Part shown: in pieces, positions 38,065-50,695 of the stretch
How positions within the stretch are numbered: position 1 is the first letter of the stretch
Layout: every line of letters starts with the position of its first letter
Notes under the pieces: generated by a model
What the model saw: the letters and a program-made list of their open reading frames with translations, nothing else
The model's database searches: none
Told to the model about the DNA's origin: nothing
From: Azolla caroliniana
Taxonomy: Eukaryota > Plantae > Polypodiophyta
Assembly: GCA_043228905.1 (NCBI GenBank)
Contig: JBHGNT010000015.1
Location: 9,052,001-9,116,000, forward strand
Length of the DNA: 64,000 bases
Reading direction: 5' to 3'
Made by a program: the position numbers and the translations under genes

Positions 38065-40035
38065 CTATCCCTCCTTTGAGAACGTCGAGTGGAAGTCGGC
38101 GTTAACATTGTAGGCCCGGGTTTGTTTGGATAGTGGTGATGGAAGTCGCCGACAAGAGCTTCAACATTACAAATGTTATCAACAGGTTCCCAAGTGCGAT
38201 CACTTGGAGGATAGCCAAGCCAATCAACTAGATAATAAAGCTTATTGCGCACAATCTTAGAATCGAGAATAGCAATTACCTCGTATTCGGGGTTGTCAAC
38301 CGGTTGGACAGAAGGTGGTGGTGGTACGACACGATTAGGAATTAAAGAGGTGTGACAAGGTTCCAAAAGAGAGCTATGAAAAGACTGGGTGAAGTCGCAT
38401 ATGTGCAGGAAGGTTAAGAAGAAATGTTGCATCATTAATCCACTTTGTGATGACAAAAGGACCTAAACGTTGATAATCGAGCTTAGGACACGGGCGGGTA
38501 GTCTTCATGTAACGACGAAGCAACCATACTTGGTCACCAACCTTAAAGGAGACTTAAGACGATGCTGATCGACATTGGTCTTATGGTGTGCTTGCGCATT
38601 TTGAAGATGTGAAGATAACTCAAATTGGATTTTTTGTAGTCGGTGGAGGTGATGCACCGCACTAGGGTTTCGTGATACCTCAAGAAGATCCAGGATACAC
38701 CATCGAGGGTGGTTGCCACTGTAGGCAAAGGTGTAACTTTGGTAGAAGAGTGTAGCGTGTTGTTGTATGCAAATGCGGCAAGATGTAAAATATTACTCCA
38801 ATCATCTTGTTGATAACAGATGAAGCATCGAAGATACTGCTCGAGCGTTTTATTTGTGCGCTCTGTTTGTCTGTCATTTTGTGGATGATAAGCCGAAGAG
38901 AGTTTGCAGGAGATTTTGACGCCTGCCCATAGGTGCTTCCAAAAGTGTGAGATAAATTCAGGACCTCAATCGCTAATAATATCATTTGGGAGACCATGAT
39001 GGTGAAACACCTCACGCATAATGAGATCTGCAATTTCTTCATTACCAATGGTTTTTACATAGTGTACAAAATGTGCCATCTTTGTGACCCGATCCACTGC
39101 TGTTAAAATACTATCAAAGCCTTTGGAAGGTGGCAGATTCGTAATGAAATCCATAGAAATAGACTTCCATGGCTTGTTGGGAGGTGGTAATGGTTGTAGT
39201 AAACCATAAGGATGATGCCTGGGTATTTTGGTGCGACAGTAGGTGTCACATGTGCGAACGAAATCTTCGACAAATTTTTGCAAGTGAGGCCACCAAAATG
39301 AATGTTTCACCAGCTCAATGGTCTTGGAAATACCAAAATGTTCAGCCATGGGGACATCATGACAATGCTCTAACACTTGAAGTCGGGGTGATCCGTCAGG
39401 GACGTAATGGAGATTCCTATAGAAGAGTAAGCCATCTTGCCACTTGAAGTCTTGATAATGTTGAGATGACCTTTGCAATGTGGAGCAAGAGTGAAGTTGT
39501 TGCTGAATAGTGTCAAGAAGGCTAGAATCAAGTGGTGTGCCATAAATTTTTGTTGCCTGTAGCTTTAATGGCCCAAGGAGAATCTACTTTTGATTGTCAA
39601 AGGCCGGATCTCCAGGTCGAAGAGCTAGATACGAATGCTGAGACAAAGCATTTTCTTTCCCTTGTTGTTTTCCGGGGCGAAAAATGATATTGAAATCGAA
39701 AGACATTAGAAATTGGGCCCACTGAGCTTGTCGTCTCTTTAATACTCGAGCTGTTTGAAAATATGTGACATTTTTGTGATCATTATAAATGATAATCTGA
39801 TGAGGTGATACTTCTAGACAATGACGCCATTGCTCGAATGAGTCGACCAAAACTAGTAACTCCTTGTCATGCACCTCATAGTTTATCTCCGAAACAGTAA
39901 ATTTGCTTGAGTAAAACGCGACTGGATGAGTCTGCATGTCCTTGCCTAGTTGCGATAGGATACTCCCCAATGTGAAGTCGGACATATCTACCTCAATAGT
40001 AAATGGCTTTTCGGATCAATTTGCACCAAGATACT

Positions 40036-41134
40036 TGTGAAGCATCAGTGTATGCGGCAATGTATGAGGATCTGTCTTAGTTTGTACTTAGAAAGACAAC
40101 ACAGAAAAGAGAAGCAAAGATATACACAAATTGAACCTTTAATGGAAGCTCTATTACGTTCTCTATCTCTTGCTCTCTCAAAGACTCGATATCTGATATA
40201 CGGTCAAGAAGATTATACTTTGCAACGTTAGGTTATTGCTTATATACGAAGCCCTAACTATGTGGACGAGTTCACACTAGGATACAAAGTCGAGGGAGTC
40301 AGCCTTTTATGCCAACAAACTCCCCTGTAAAAGGACTACTCTTTCCTACATGTACATGTGTTTGGGGTTGTCTCCCCCATAAACTTAGATTACAACATTA
40401 ATCTAGATTTTTGTTACAAGTTGGTCGGCATATAGTTGAGTCGGCATAGGTGAGATCCGTGTTGAGCCTAGCATAGCTCATTATCATTAGTGATTCGGTC
40501 TACTCTTACCTTTTGCTCCTCGTTCCTCAGTCTTCTACTCGGTTGCTTGTCGTAGTCCCATCTTTGTCCTTAGTGCTCCGAAGCGTTGATTTGGGAGAGG
40601 CTTTGTCAGGCAATCGGTGATGTTCACCTCGGTGTCGATCTTCCGGACTTCAAGCTTCTTCTCAGTTGTGAGCTCCTGGATGTGATGATACCACACCTCA
40701 ATATTCTTCGTCTTTGTGTGATAGACGGGATTGTTGATGAGGTGTATGCGCTCTGTGAGTCACAATAGATGGTCGGCGCAGGTCGGTTGGTTTGGCTTAT
40801 AGCTGAGAAGTCAGCAGACAGTCGATGCAGCCAGGTCGCTTCCTTTGTTGCCTTTGATGCTGCTATGTACTCAGCTTATGTGGTCGATAGAGCCTATTGT
40901 AGGTTTTAGAGTTAGGGTTAGGGTTAAGGATGATGATGGTTAACGATGACGAAGATAGACATGGTGAAATAGCAAAGATGATGAAGAGTATGATGGTGAG
41001 AGAGATTGACATGAAGATGTTGAGAATTATTGAGAAGCATTGCGGGGTAAGGATGACATTGATGAGCATTGCGGGGTGGGGGGTGGTGCCTAGAATGGCT
41101 CCACCCCCCTCCCAAGGGGTTCAACGTTGAGGGG

Positions 41135-41165
<31 letters not shown>

Positions 41166-42990
41166 AAAGAGAGATAGAGAGAAATGTTCATTCATGTTTC
41201 ATTCATTCCCCATAAGGGGGTTAAATAGTACAAGAGGGGGTAGATACATAGGGGTGTAAGCCCCCTAGAGCGTTCATATTGGACACTCACTCACACCTCA
41301 TCGTATCCCTCCACATGCACACACGTGTGCATGTGTTCACATACATATCGACTCACAATTACATTTATGTTCCCTACACATATACAACATCATCATGATA
41401 ATATTCGACCCTCGCTCATCACACTTGACTCTCTGTACATCTCATACGGGGTAACAGAGCCATGCACCCTTCAAGTTTCTACCTCCATGATATCGCACCA
41501 CCATTATAGGTGAAGATGTAACCTGATGTTGATTTACGATTCTCCGTATTCTTGGCATAGTCGGAATTGGTGTAGCCTTCAACTTTGGCTAAGGTTGTCA
41601 GTCTGAAAGTCAATTGTGTATCTTCAGTCCCTCTTAGGTACTTGAAGAAGTGCTTGACGGCCTCCCAATGCTTCCGTCCTAGGTTTGACATCTACAGTCT
41701 GACCACTCCTACGACATAGGCTAGGTCGGTCGCCCCCATTGCGTACATGATACTTCCTACGACCGATGTGTAGGGCATCTTTCCATTAAGCTCTCTCTCC
41801 TTGTCCATTGGAGGAGAGTCTCTGTCCAATAGTCAGATCAACGTCCGAAGCAGTGTTGGTGCTGGCTTCACATTCAGCATGTTGAAGCGCCTCAACACCT
41901 TCCGAATATAGTCAGATTGGGAGAGTCAGAGAGTCTTCGTTGTTCGATTTCGCTCGATCCTCATTCCTAGTACGTGACGGGCTTGTCCGAGTTCCTTCAT
42001 CGTGAACTTGTCGTGAAGGCTTCGCTTCAGCTTTCTGATCTCTACTTGATTGCTCCATGCAATCACCATGTCGTCAATATATAGGATCAGGTGAATCCTA
42101 AACTTGTCGGCTAGTTGCCGAATATACATGCATGGGTCGGAGTCAAATCTGCGGTATCCAAGATGCCTGATGTAGGAGTCAAACTTTTGGTACCACATCC
42201 TTGGCGCTTGTTTCAAGCCATATAGACTTTTTTTAACCAACATACGAGGTGACTATCTTCCCCCGTCGCCGTGAAGCCTACCAGTTGAGACATATAGATG
42301 TCTTCCTCCAGATCTCCATGTAGGAATGTCGTCTTTACATCCAACTGATCTACCTCTAGGTCTTCTGTCGCCACAACTCCTAGTAAGAGTGGGAGGGTGG
42401 TCATCTTGACTACTGGTGAGAATATCTCATTGTAGTTGACCCCGTATTCTTGTTTGAATCCCTTCGTGACGAGCCGAGATTTGTACTTGGGTTTGTCTGA
42501 GTCGGATACATATTTGTATCGAAAAACCCATTTGCAGGGTAGCGGCTTCCTTCTAGCTGGTAGTTCAACCAACTCCCATGTCTGATTCTTGTGGATCGAG
42601 TCCATTTCAGATTTCATGGGTTGTAGCCATGTGTCGGCGTCTGTTGTGACCATAGCTTCTTCATAAGTGCTTGGTTCGCCTACATCGGTGTAGTTGGGCA
42701 TAGTCAAGGCCTAGTTGAAAAAACATTGTTGGCCTTCGAGCTCATCCAGATCTCCTATATGCCGAGATAAGTGGTTTTGACTCTTCGATCGACTCGGTTC
42801 GACAATTGGTATTTGTTGAACCATTTGTATTAGGGGTCTTGTTAGGTGACCCACCCCCAAGTCGGTATTTCACTAATATCACATTGTCCTCCCCTATAGA
42901 CTTTGTCGACTCGGTTGTGTTTCCTACTCGCATCTTCTTGGCTTTGTGTGCTTTGACGCTTGTTGAATCAGCTATGTCATTGATGGCTTT
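40036..42990 (-). mobile_element. Copia element J 3' part: 3' LTR 40036-40317, PPT 40318-40327, RNaseH and RT remnants
   Basis: TGTGAAGCA...TGCCAACA; QLDVKTTFLHGDLEE, LYIDD, RKSTSGY, IYCDSQSA. Confidence 0.87.
40895..41456. mobile_element. Solo LTR K inserted in the RNaseH of Copia J
   Basis: T(A)TTG...TAACA flanked by TSD GAGCC (40890-40894 and 41457-41461); host frame is restored on removal. Confidence 0.85.
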
Positions 42991-42992
42991 TT

Positions 42993-45900
42993 TGAAAAGA
43001 ATAGTGTGCAGAAGAAAGTAGGAAACCGAACACAGAAAATACGCAGGTTTAATGGAGAGCTTGAATATACATAGTACGCGGGGGAGAGAGAGAGAGAGAG
43101 CGATACACAACAAAAAATGATTCAAAACAATACTCAATCTGTACATAGGCTGTGCTCAGAGAGCACTTTTATACAAGTACATACGGACTAACCAAAGTAC
43201 TAACATGTACTTCAATGCTCATAAATGAGGTCTACACTAACTCCCAAAATATATTCCTACACGGAATATCTTTTGAACGGCCTCACGGTTTACGCACCAC
43301 TACGGCTTCTCGTTGCGTACTAGTCTACGCACCGGTTTACGCACCCGGTTTACGCACCGGTCTGGCCTAACCGATCGATACCAATAGATCCGGTTCTCAG
43401 CTTGCACAGCCGATCCAGCCAATCTTGAGCTTGTATCTCAACAGTCCCCCTCAAGCTCAACTTGAGGTTCCATCCACTCTTCCGGATCTATGCTCCAGTT
43501 CATCCTGGCTTCACGCCTTGCTCGCGCTCCTCGACCTGTTCGATTCCGCGCGCCTCGAACCTTCCGGTCGGCTTGTCTTCTCACAGGGCCCTTCTCAACT
43601 TCCTTGTTGTTGCGATGTTGGCACCTCTTCTATTGCCTTCTCTTCTGCTTGGCCCTAGGTTGATTCGGCGAATCAAACATCCGAACCGACTCGTCGTTGA
43701 TGGCTTCATCTCCCCCATGCTTGGTTGACTTCGGCTCTTTCCTTCGACTGCACCCCTTATGTCCGCGTTCAGAATCTTCCGCGTATCCGCCCTCGGCTTC
43801 TTCAGCCGATCCGAAATCGAAATCGTCATCCGACTCGGCATCGCTGTCTTTCGGAACTTCTCTCCCCCTTCTGTGGTCATTCGGGATATCTATCCCCGTC
43901 AAGTTCGGCACATCGAGGTGACACAACTCAAGTGCACCCGAGAATTGCCGCAACTTGTCCCGACCAAGAGGCTTGGTGAAGATGTCGGTGGTCTACCGAT
44001 CCGTCGGAACATACTGAAGTTCGACTTCACCAGAGAGGACACGCTCACAGACAAAATCGTAGTGCACCTCAATATGCTTAGTCCGGGCATGGAAGACGGG
44101 GTTCTTTGCTAGCTGGATGCGCTAAGGTTGTCGCAGTAGATTGTTGTTGGATGAGATACCTCCACCTGCAGATCCTTAAGTAGCCGCTTCAAACATATGG
44201 CTTCGCATGTCGCGACAGCCACTCCTCTATACTCAGCTTCAGTGCTCGACAACGCAACTCTCGGCTGCTTCTTGCTACTCCACGCGATCGCGGCACTCCC
44301 AAGAGAGAACGTGAAACCGGACGTGGATCGGCAATCGACGATGTTGCTGGCCCAGTCGGCATCGGTGTAGCCGACCAACTGTGGGGCTGTATCGGTCTGA
44401 TATAGTAGCCCCCGGTCCTTAGTGCTGCTTACGTACCGCAGTACGCGTTGCGCACACTAAAGATGCTCCTCGGTAGGTTGCGCCATGAACTAAGTAATCA
44501 CCCTGACTGGGTCAAGCATATAAGGCTTCTGACTATCTGTCGGAACCTCGTCGGGTCACATACCTTTCCGGAATCGGGGCGAAGCTTGACAGTTCTATCC
44601 AGAGGAGTCGAGACGGACTTACAATCGGCCATCCCGAATTTGAAGAGCATACTCAACATGTAATGTCATTGGCTGATTAGTATGCCTTCGGGGGTGCGGA
44701 TCACTTCGATCCCGAGGAAGTAATGAAGGTCACCTAGATCCTTCATGTCAAATGATGTTGCAAGCTGGAGCTTCACGCGGTCAATCTCACCTAGGCCGGC
44801 GCCGGTGATGACCAAGTCATCAACATAAAGTAAAATCCTAACCAGCCCGAGTCAAGCTTTCCGGAGGAACAGTGAGGAGTCCGATTTTGAGGTCGCAAAG
44901 TCCATTCGACGCAATCGTTGCGTGATCTTTGCATTCCAAGCACGCGGGGCTTGCTTTAGTTCGTAAAGGGCCTTCTTCAACCAGCAGACCGCCGAGGTGT
45001 TGGTTCCGGAGTGAAATCCGGGGGGTTGTACCATGTACACCTGTTCCTCAAGCTCACCTTACAGGAAATCATTCTTTACATCCATCTGATGTAAGTGTCA
45101 CCCCTTTCTCGCAGTTACGGCGAGCAAAACATGAACGGTCGTCATCTTCACGACATGCGCGAAGGTCTCGTTGTACGTAGTCCACGCCATGCTTCTACGC
45201 ATAGCCTTTCGCTACTAACCGAGCCTTGTAGCGGTTGACCGAGCCGTCAGTGTTGTATTTGACCTTGTACACCCATCTACATCCGATCGGTTTCACACCT
45301 TTTGGTGCGTCAACCAGGTCCCAGGTTTCATTCTCCGCTAATGCGCGCATCTCTTCCTCCATTGCGGCACGCCAATTCGCGTTCTTCGTTGCTTCTGCGT
45401 AGCTCTCCGGCTCACGCACTTCCGCTACACGGGTCATGTACACATAGTGATGCGCCATGTACTCATTGTATCTAAACTGCAAAACAGGGTTCTTCTGGCG
45501 GGTAGATCCGCGTAATTGCTGATTAGCCGATGTTGAGGCTTTCTTAGTTGATGCGGACTTCGCTCTCGAAGACCCGTCATCACTTCCCTCAGAGTCGGAC
45601 TCGCGTCGATCCGACTCTTTCCTATTTGTGCCGTAATCCGACACCTTCTTCTTCCCTTTTTCCTTGCGCGTAAGCTGTCTCCTCGGCTTCCTGCGCGGGG
45701 AATGCACGGCCAAGTCTCCATTCCTCGCCGACTCTTCATCGGACTGGTCGAACCGACATAGTCGTCCATTCGGTCCGCTTAACTGAAACAAAATCGAACT
45801 CTCTTCGTGGGTCCCAATTTCAGGCTCATTCGGAGGCATCTCGGCCTCGCTGACCTCATCGTCAAAACTTGGACTGGAGGTGAGGTCCGGAGTTGGAGGC

Positions 45901-47535
45901 AAGTACCAGAACGCGGACTCGTCAAACACAACGCCGCAGCTCACGCGCACTTGTTTGGTGCGAGGGTTATAACACTTATAACCCTTTTGCTCGTCCGAAT
46001 AGCCGACCAAGATACATTTCTCAGCTTTCACGTCCAGCTTGCTCCGCTTCTCCTTCGGTACATGCACATAGGCAATGCTACCGAAAACTCTTAAGTGTCG
46101 CAAATTCGGCTTCATTCCGAAGTATAGCTCATGCACCGGCACTTTTTCTCCGATCTGCTTCTAGATGTAGACCGCGGTCCAAACCGCTTCGGCCCAGTAG
46201 AACTTGGGTAAGCTCTTCTCCTCCAGCATTGCCCGTGCCGCTTCCACAACCGACCGAGTTTTCCTTTTGGCCACGCCGTTTGCTCCGGCATATATCTACA
46301 ACAATTCGCGTCGAATTCCCATCTGTTGTAGATACTCGTTGAATTGACCGGAAAAGTTCTCTTTTCCGCCATCCGACCGCAGGCACTTGATCTTTCTTTC
46401 TGTTTCCCTTTTGACGAAACTCTTGAGGTCCCGAAAACTATCGAAAACTTCACTCTTCTTCTCAATGAGGTAGATCCACGTGTGCCACGTATAGTCGTTG
46501 ATGAAGGAGACGAAATATCAACTCTCGCCAAGACTAACGCTTTGTGTTGGCCCCCATACATTGCAATGTATCAAGTCGAGCTTGTTCCGGCTCTGGTTAC
46601 ACTCGTTGGGGAAAGGAAGTCGGTGTATCTTCCCTAGCTGGCAGACTTCACAAATTTGTGCCTTTCGGCCACTAAATTTAGGCAATCCAAACACCACCTG
46701 TTTCGATTGCAGGTCCTGAAGTTGTTAATAGTTGACTTGGCCTATCCGTTTGTGCCATAAGTCGATATCCGACTCGACTTTTTGTCCTTTCGTGAACATT
46801 GCGGTGCCACCGTCACTAGAGTCGAGGATAAACATCCTCCCGTCTCTACGCTCTTGCACAATAACTCAGCCTTCTTCCTCGATGAAGCACCCGAGATGCG
46901 TGAACCAGACTTGCATCCCCCGGTCGACGATCAGCCCGACCGACACCAGATTCTTTGTGATTGTGGGGACATGTAACACGTTCATGTGTTTCCCTTTCTG
47001 CCCGACATGGCTTAGGGGAACTTCACCGACATTCACGATTGGATGCGGAGTGTCGTCTCCGATTGCGACTAGTCCTGGTTGCATCGGTTTCTCAAGGTAT
47101 GAGAATCACTCCTTGTGGCACGTCATGTGGTTTGATGCGCTGGAGTCGACGTACCACATCTCGTCCGACTTCGGGGTGGACTTCTTCATCGAGTTTGATT
47201 CGTGTCTCGTCACAAAGGCTGACCCTTTTCTGGCTTTTCTGAATCCTTCGGCGTAGTGCAATCGCTGCCGATTTCCTTTGTCAGTCTGTCCAGAACCTGA
47301 TCCGGACGGGGTTCTCTCCGAATCGGTGCACTTTTTACAGCACTCGCTCTCCCTGTGGCCTTTCTTGCCATAGTACCAGTATTCCGTGGCGGATTTCCCT
47401 TGCCGGTTCTCATCGCCTTGACTCCCCCTGTTTCCGAAGGGTTCAGAATTGTTGTCGGCTTCACGTTGGTGCCTTCTTCCTTGATCCCGTCGGCCGCCTC
47501 CATTGCGCACCGACTTGCCTCATCCATCACGACCA
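42993..47535 (-). mobile_element. Copia element L (5'-truncated): 3' LTR 42993-43443, PPT 43444-43454, decayed gag end-PR-IN-RT-RH
   Basis: LTR homologous to 30985-31397; [45 protein letters not shown]. Confidence 0.9.
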
Positions 47536-48850
47536 CAGGGTCTATCTCCCTTCATTTGACTTTGTCGAAAACATCAACATAGTCTTGATATTTTTTGGGA
47601 ATTTGGATGTCTGAATTCCCTTGAGTAGCACTAGAAGGTGTCACTGATACTGCAAATAAGAAAAGGTCCTCCTTGCCTCCCACTTGGCACAATTGTTGCA
47701 ATGTGATGGCTGAAATTTGATGAAAAGCAGATGGTGCATTGATAGAACTATGTTCTTCAAGAGAATAATCCTAAGTTTGATCCTTGGCAATGATATTTTC
47801 TGCTGAAGAGCACCAAATTTCTCGCTTCCTCCAATTGATTCTAGGGTTATGTCGCTCGAACCATGGAAAACCAAGGAAAATTGGATGCTCAGGACTACGG
47901 ATTATGTGTATTGGCTCAGACTCTTCGAATATCTTCCCGGAACCTATGGGGCATCCATCAATCACTACTACTGAAACTGAACAAGGAAGTGTATGCAAGG
48001 ATATTTGGTGTTTCTGGGAGAAATCTCTATCCATGAAACAAGAATTGGCTCCAGTATCTAAGAGGGCTTGGACTTGAAGTTGACAACTCGGTGTCCTAAC
48101 TTGTACTTGGGTTGAGAAGACTCTACTAACATGCTTGGAAGAAATGGAACCCACACTAGGTTGTACATATCCAGGTTTGTCCAACCAAATGGCTCCTATT
48201 ATGGCTGGACTTATTTGTTTGACTCCTCTTCTAATTGGCTTAGGACTTCAAACTTATGGGACAAGGGTGGATTATTCATAATATTAGATTCACTAACTAC
48301 TTCTAAAATGTTGAACTCATTTTTATTGTCATAGTGAATTTGATTTACTTGACATTTCGGCCTACGGGAGCAATGAATGGCGATATGTCCTAAACCTCCG
48401 CAATATAAGCACAGACGGTTTGATCAGCTTCATTGCTTCTCTTCGTCCGACAACGATCCTCGTCGTTGAGTCATATCGGTCTCCATGGGTGTAGGACTAT
48501 CCATTGGAACTGGACTACGTGTTTGCCTTGGAGTTGGAGCAGGGCTATATGTTTCCCCAGGGGATGATTGTGTGGTTACTGAGGCATAAGTTGGTGTGAA
48601 TCTTGCTCTTGTTATTTGTTGTTGTCACTCACATTGATGCTCAAAAAGGCAATTATCACACCGTATTGTTCAACTAATAGCTTTTGTAAGTGACCTTGGA
48701 TCTTCGGGGAAGGTAAGAAGTAAGTCTTTGACATCACTACGAAGGCCTGAATAGATTTGCTCCATTAGGGCTTGTTCATCCCAAAGAATTTCACTTGGGA
48801 TGCGACGGAAATTGACTGCATATGTTGAAGCTGGCTTATCACCTTGATGT

Positions 48851-49721
48851 TGTCGTGCCTTTCGGCGTCGGATCGTTGCGTGAGTCGGGTGGGAACTGCC
48901 GGGGTTTTGGACTAGGAGGAGGAAGAATTTTGAGACTAATTAGAATATAAATAAGTTGTAGGAAAGAGATATAGAAACCTCGTGAATCCCACGAGTTGTA
49001 TTAGATTAATCAATATTAAGATAATAATATGAATGTGGATAGAAAGAGAAGAATATAGAACCCTCGTGAATCCCACGGGTATAGTTTATTTCGTGAATCC
49101 CACGAATATAATTAATTGGTATTTTGTTTTAGAAATATATTCAATTTCCAAATATTTCACACCCCTTATTACATTGTGCTCCCTATCCTTATATAGTGAT
49201 AAGAGAGTCTTAGCACTCCATTCTTTTTCTGTAATTATCAACTTCATGCCTTTTCTATCAATAGACTATATGATTTATCTAACATGCTTTTTCTAACTTG
49301 ATGCATTTTTATCGACTATAGTGTTCATGCACGTTAGATGTGCATCTGTAGCTTTTTCTTTTATCATGCGTTTTCTTCTAACTAAAGTTTATCCTAGTGT
49401 GCACTTACCTTTCTATGTGGGACGTCTACTTTTTTAACACTAATGATATGTTAGTGTAATGGTAAAGCTTCACATTATGTACATGGAGGTACAAGGTTCG
49501 AATCTTACCCTATGAATGTAACAACATTTTTAATATTCTCTTCTATTCGCAAATATGTCTCTTCATCCGGTTCTCACCAGTTCTTATCGGGTCCTCCTTA
49601 CCGGGTCCTCTTCGTCCATTTCTCACCGAGTACTCTTCATCCGGTTCTGCCGGGTCTCCATGTCCCATCCGGAGGGACCAAAAATGCAATTTTCTCATAG
49701 TGTGCGATTTACACTACGACA
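48851..49721 (-). mobile_element. Solo LTR of the element C family inserted in the gag of F
   Basis: TGTCG...CGACA; flanks ATGT (48847-48850) and ACGT (49722-49725) form a 4-bp TSD; removal restores host TLRQGD. Confidence 0.92.
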
Positions 49722-50298
49722 ACGTAATGTACAAATCTTGTTGATAGTTGTTCTCGCCCCATCAGTATCTCCGAAACAAGGCTTAAATTCTTTGATAAAT
49801 TCCTTGAAATTATACAGTAAAGGAGAATTTGTCTCTAGCAATGGAGCAAACCACGAAACGCTATGCCAGTCAATAAGGTGCCCACTAACCCGACACGTGA
49901 TGCATCTATCGGATAACGCATGGGATTCATTTGAATCACCAACCGTACTTGATTCAAGAAACCTTGGAAATGCTCCCTCGAACCATCAAATTTAGTTGGG
50001 AGGCTGATTTTGGGCTCCTTGATAAGTCCTTGACCTTTGACCCTTTGTTGTTGTAACACTACGATTGTCGACTCCAACCGTTGAACCCGTCACATGAACT
50101 CTTCTTTTTGTTGTTGCTTCTCTATAGTAACCTTTTGTAGATCCCCAAGTAGACGTTGATTCTCTACTTCAAGAGATGCGAACTTGGATTTAAGATTCTC
50201 CATTTCTACAACAAGGGTGAGATATTCTTCTGAGTTAATGGTGACCATGGTTTCGTGATGGTTACAAAGTAAGATGAGAGAGAGACAGAGAGAGAGAG

Positions 50299-50312
50299 AA
50301 TTTGAATCAAAC
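50299..50312 (-). promoter_or_regulatory. Non-tRNA (self-priming type) PBS of element F
   Basis: Minus-strand GTTTGATTCAAATT directly after the LTR; complementary to AATTTGAATCAA in the family LTR (33848-33859). Confidence 0.7.
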
Positions 50313-50425
50313 TGTCAGAACCAAGAATAAAAGATAGAGTGATGGAAGCAGGACATAAGAGAACAAAATGCTAAGAGGAAAATGGGTGTATTTGTTAGGA
50401 AACAGGTGTCTCCGGATGGTGAAGA

Positions 50426-50695
50426 CCCGGTGAGAACCGGATGAAGAGTGCCCGGCTACGGAGAGCCAGATGGTGCAGACACGGATGAAGAGTTCCCGGC
50501 TACAGAGAGCCGGATGGTGCAGACCCGGTGAGAACCGGATGACGAGTACCCGGCTACAGAGAGCCAAATGGTGCAGACTCGGTGAGAACCGGATGAGGAG
50601 TACCCGGAAACGGAAGACCCGGTGAGAACTGGATGACGAGTACCCAGCAAGCGTCGGATGATGCAAGCCCGGTGAGGAGTGCTCACCGGATGAAG
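50426..50695 (+). repeat. ~54-bp tandem repeats in the U3 of LTR G
   Basis: CCCGGTGAGAACCGGATGA.GAGT.CCCGGCTAC.GAGAGCC.GATGGTGCAGA, 4-5 imperfect copies. Confidence 0.85.

Larger units (their letters stand above)
37655..50392 (-). mobile_element. Tcn1-type chromovirus F: 3' LTR 37655-38064, chromodomain/IN/RH 38065-40035, PR-gag 47540-48850 and 49722-50248, partial 5' LTR 50313-50392; RT deleted, nested insertions inside
   Basis: Class-I chromodomain EYEVIAILDSK...YYLVDWLGYPPSDRTWEP; LLDTGANSCF protease; EPKISLPTKFDGSR gag; LTR ends T(G/A)TCAGAACCAAGAATAAAAGATAGA match; linking both halves to one copy is inference. Confidence 0.8.

Noticed and set aside
40908-40926. Telomere-like TTAGGG repeats (also 36568-36586)
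   Set aside because: Only 2-3 units inside LTRs; compatible with telo-box motifs or chance, not a telomere
49445-49515. Functional tRNA gene
   Set aside because: A/B boxes are present but acceptor and T stems do not pair; reported as a tRNA-derived cassette only
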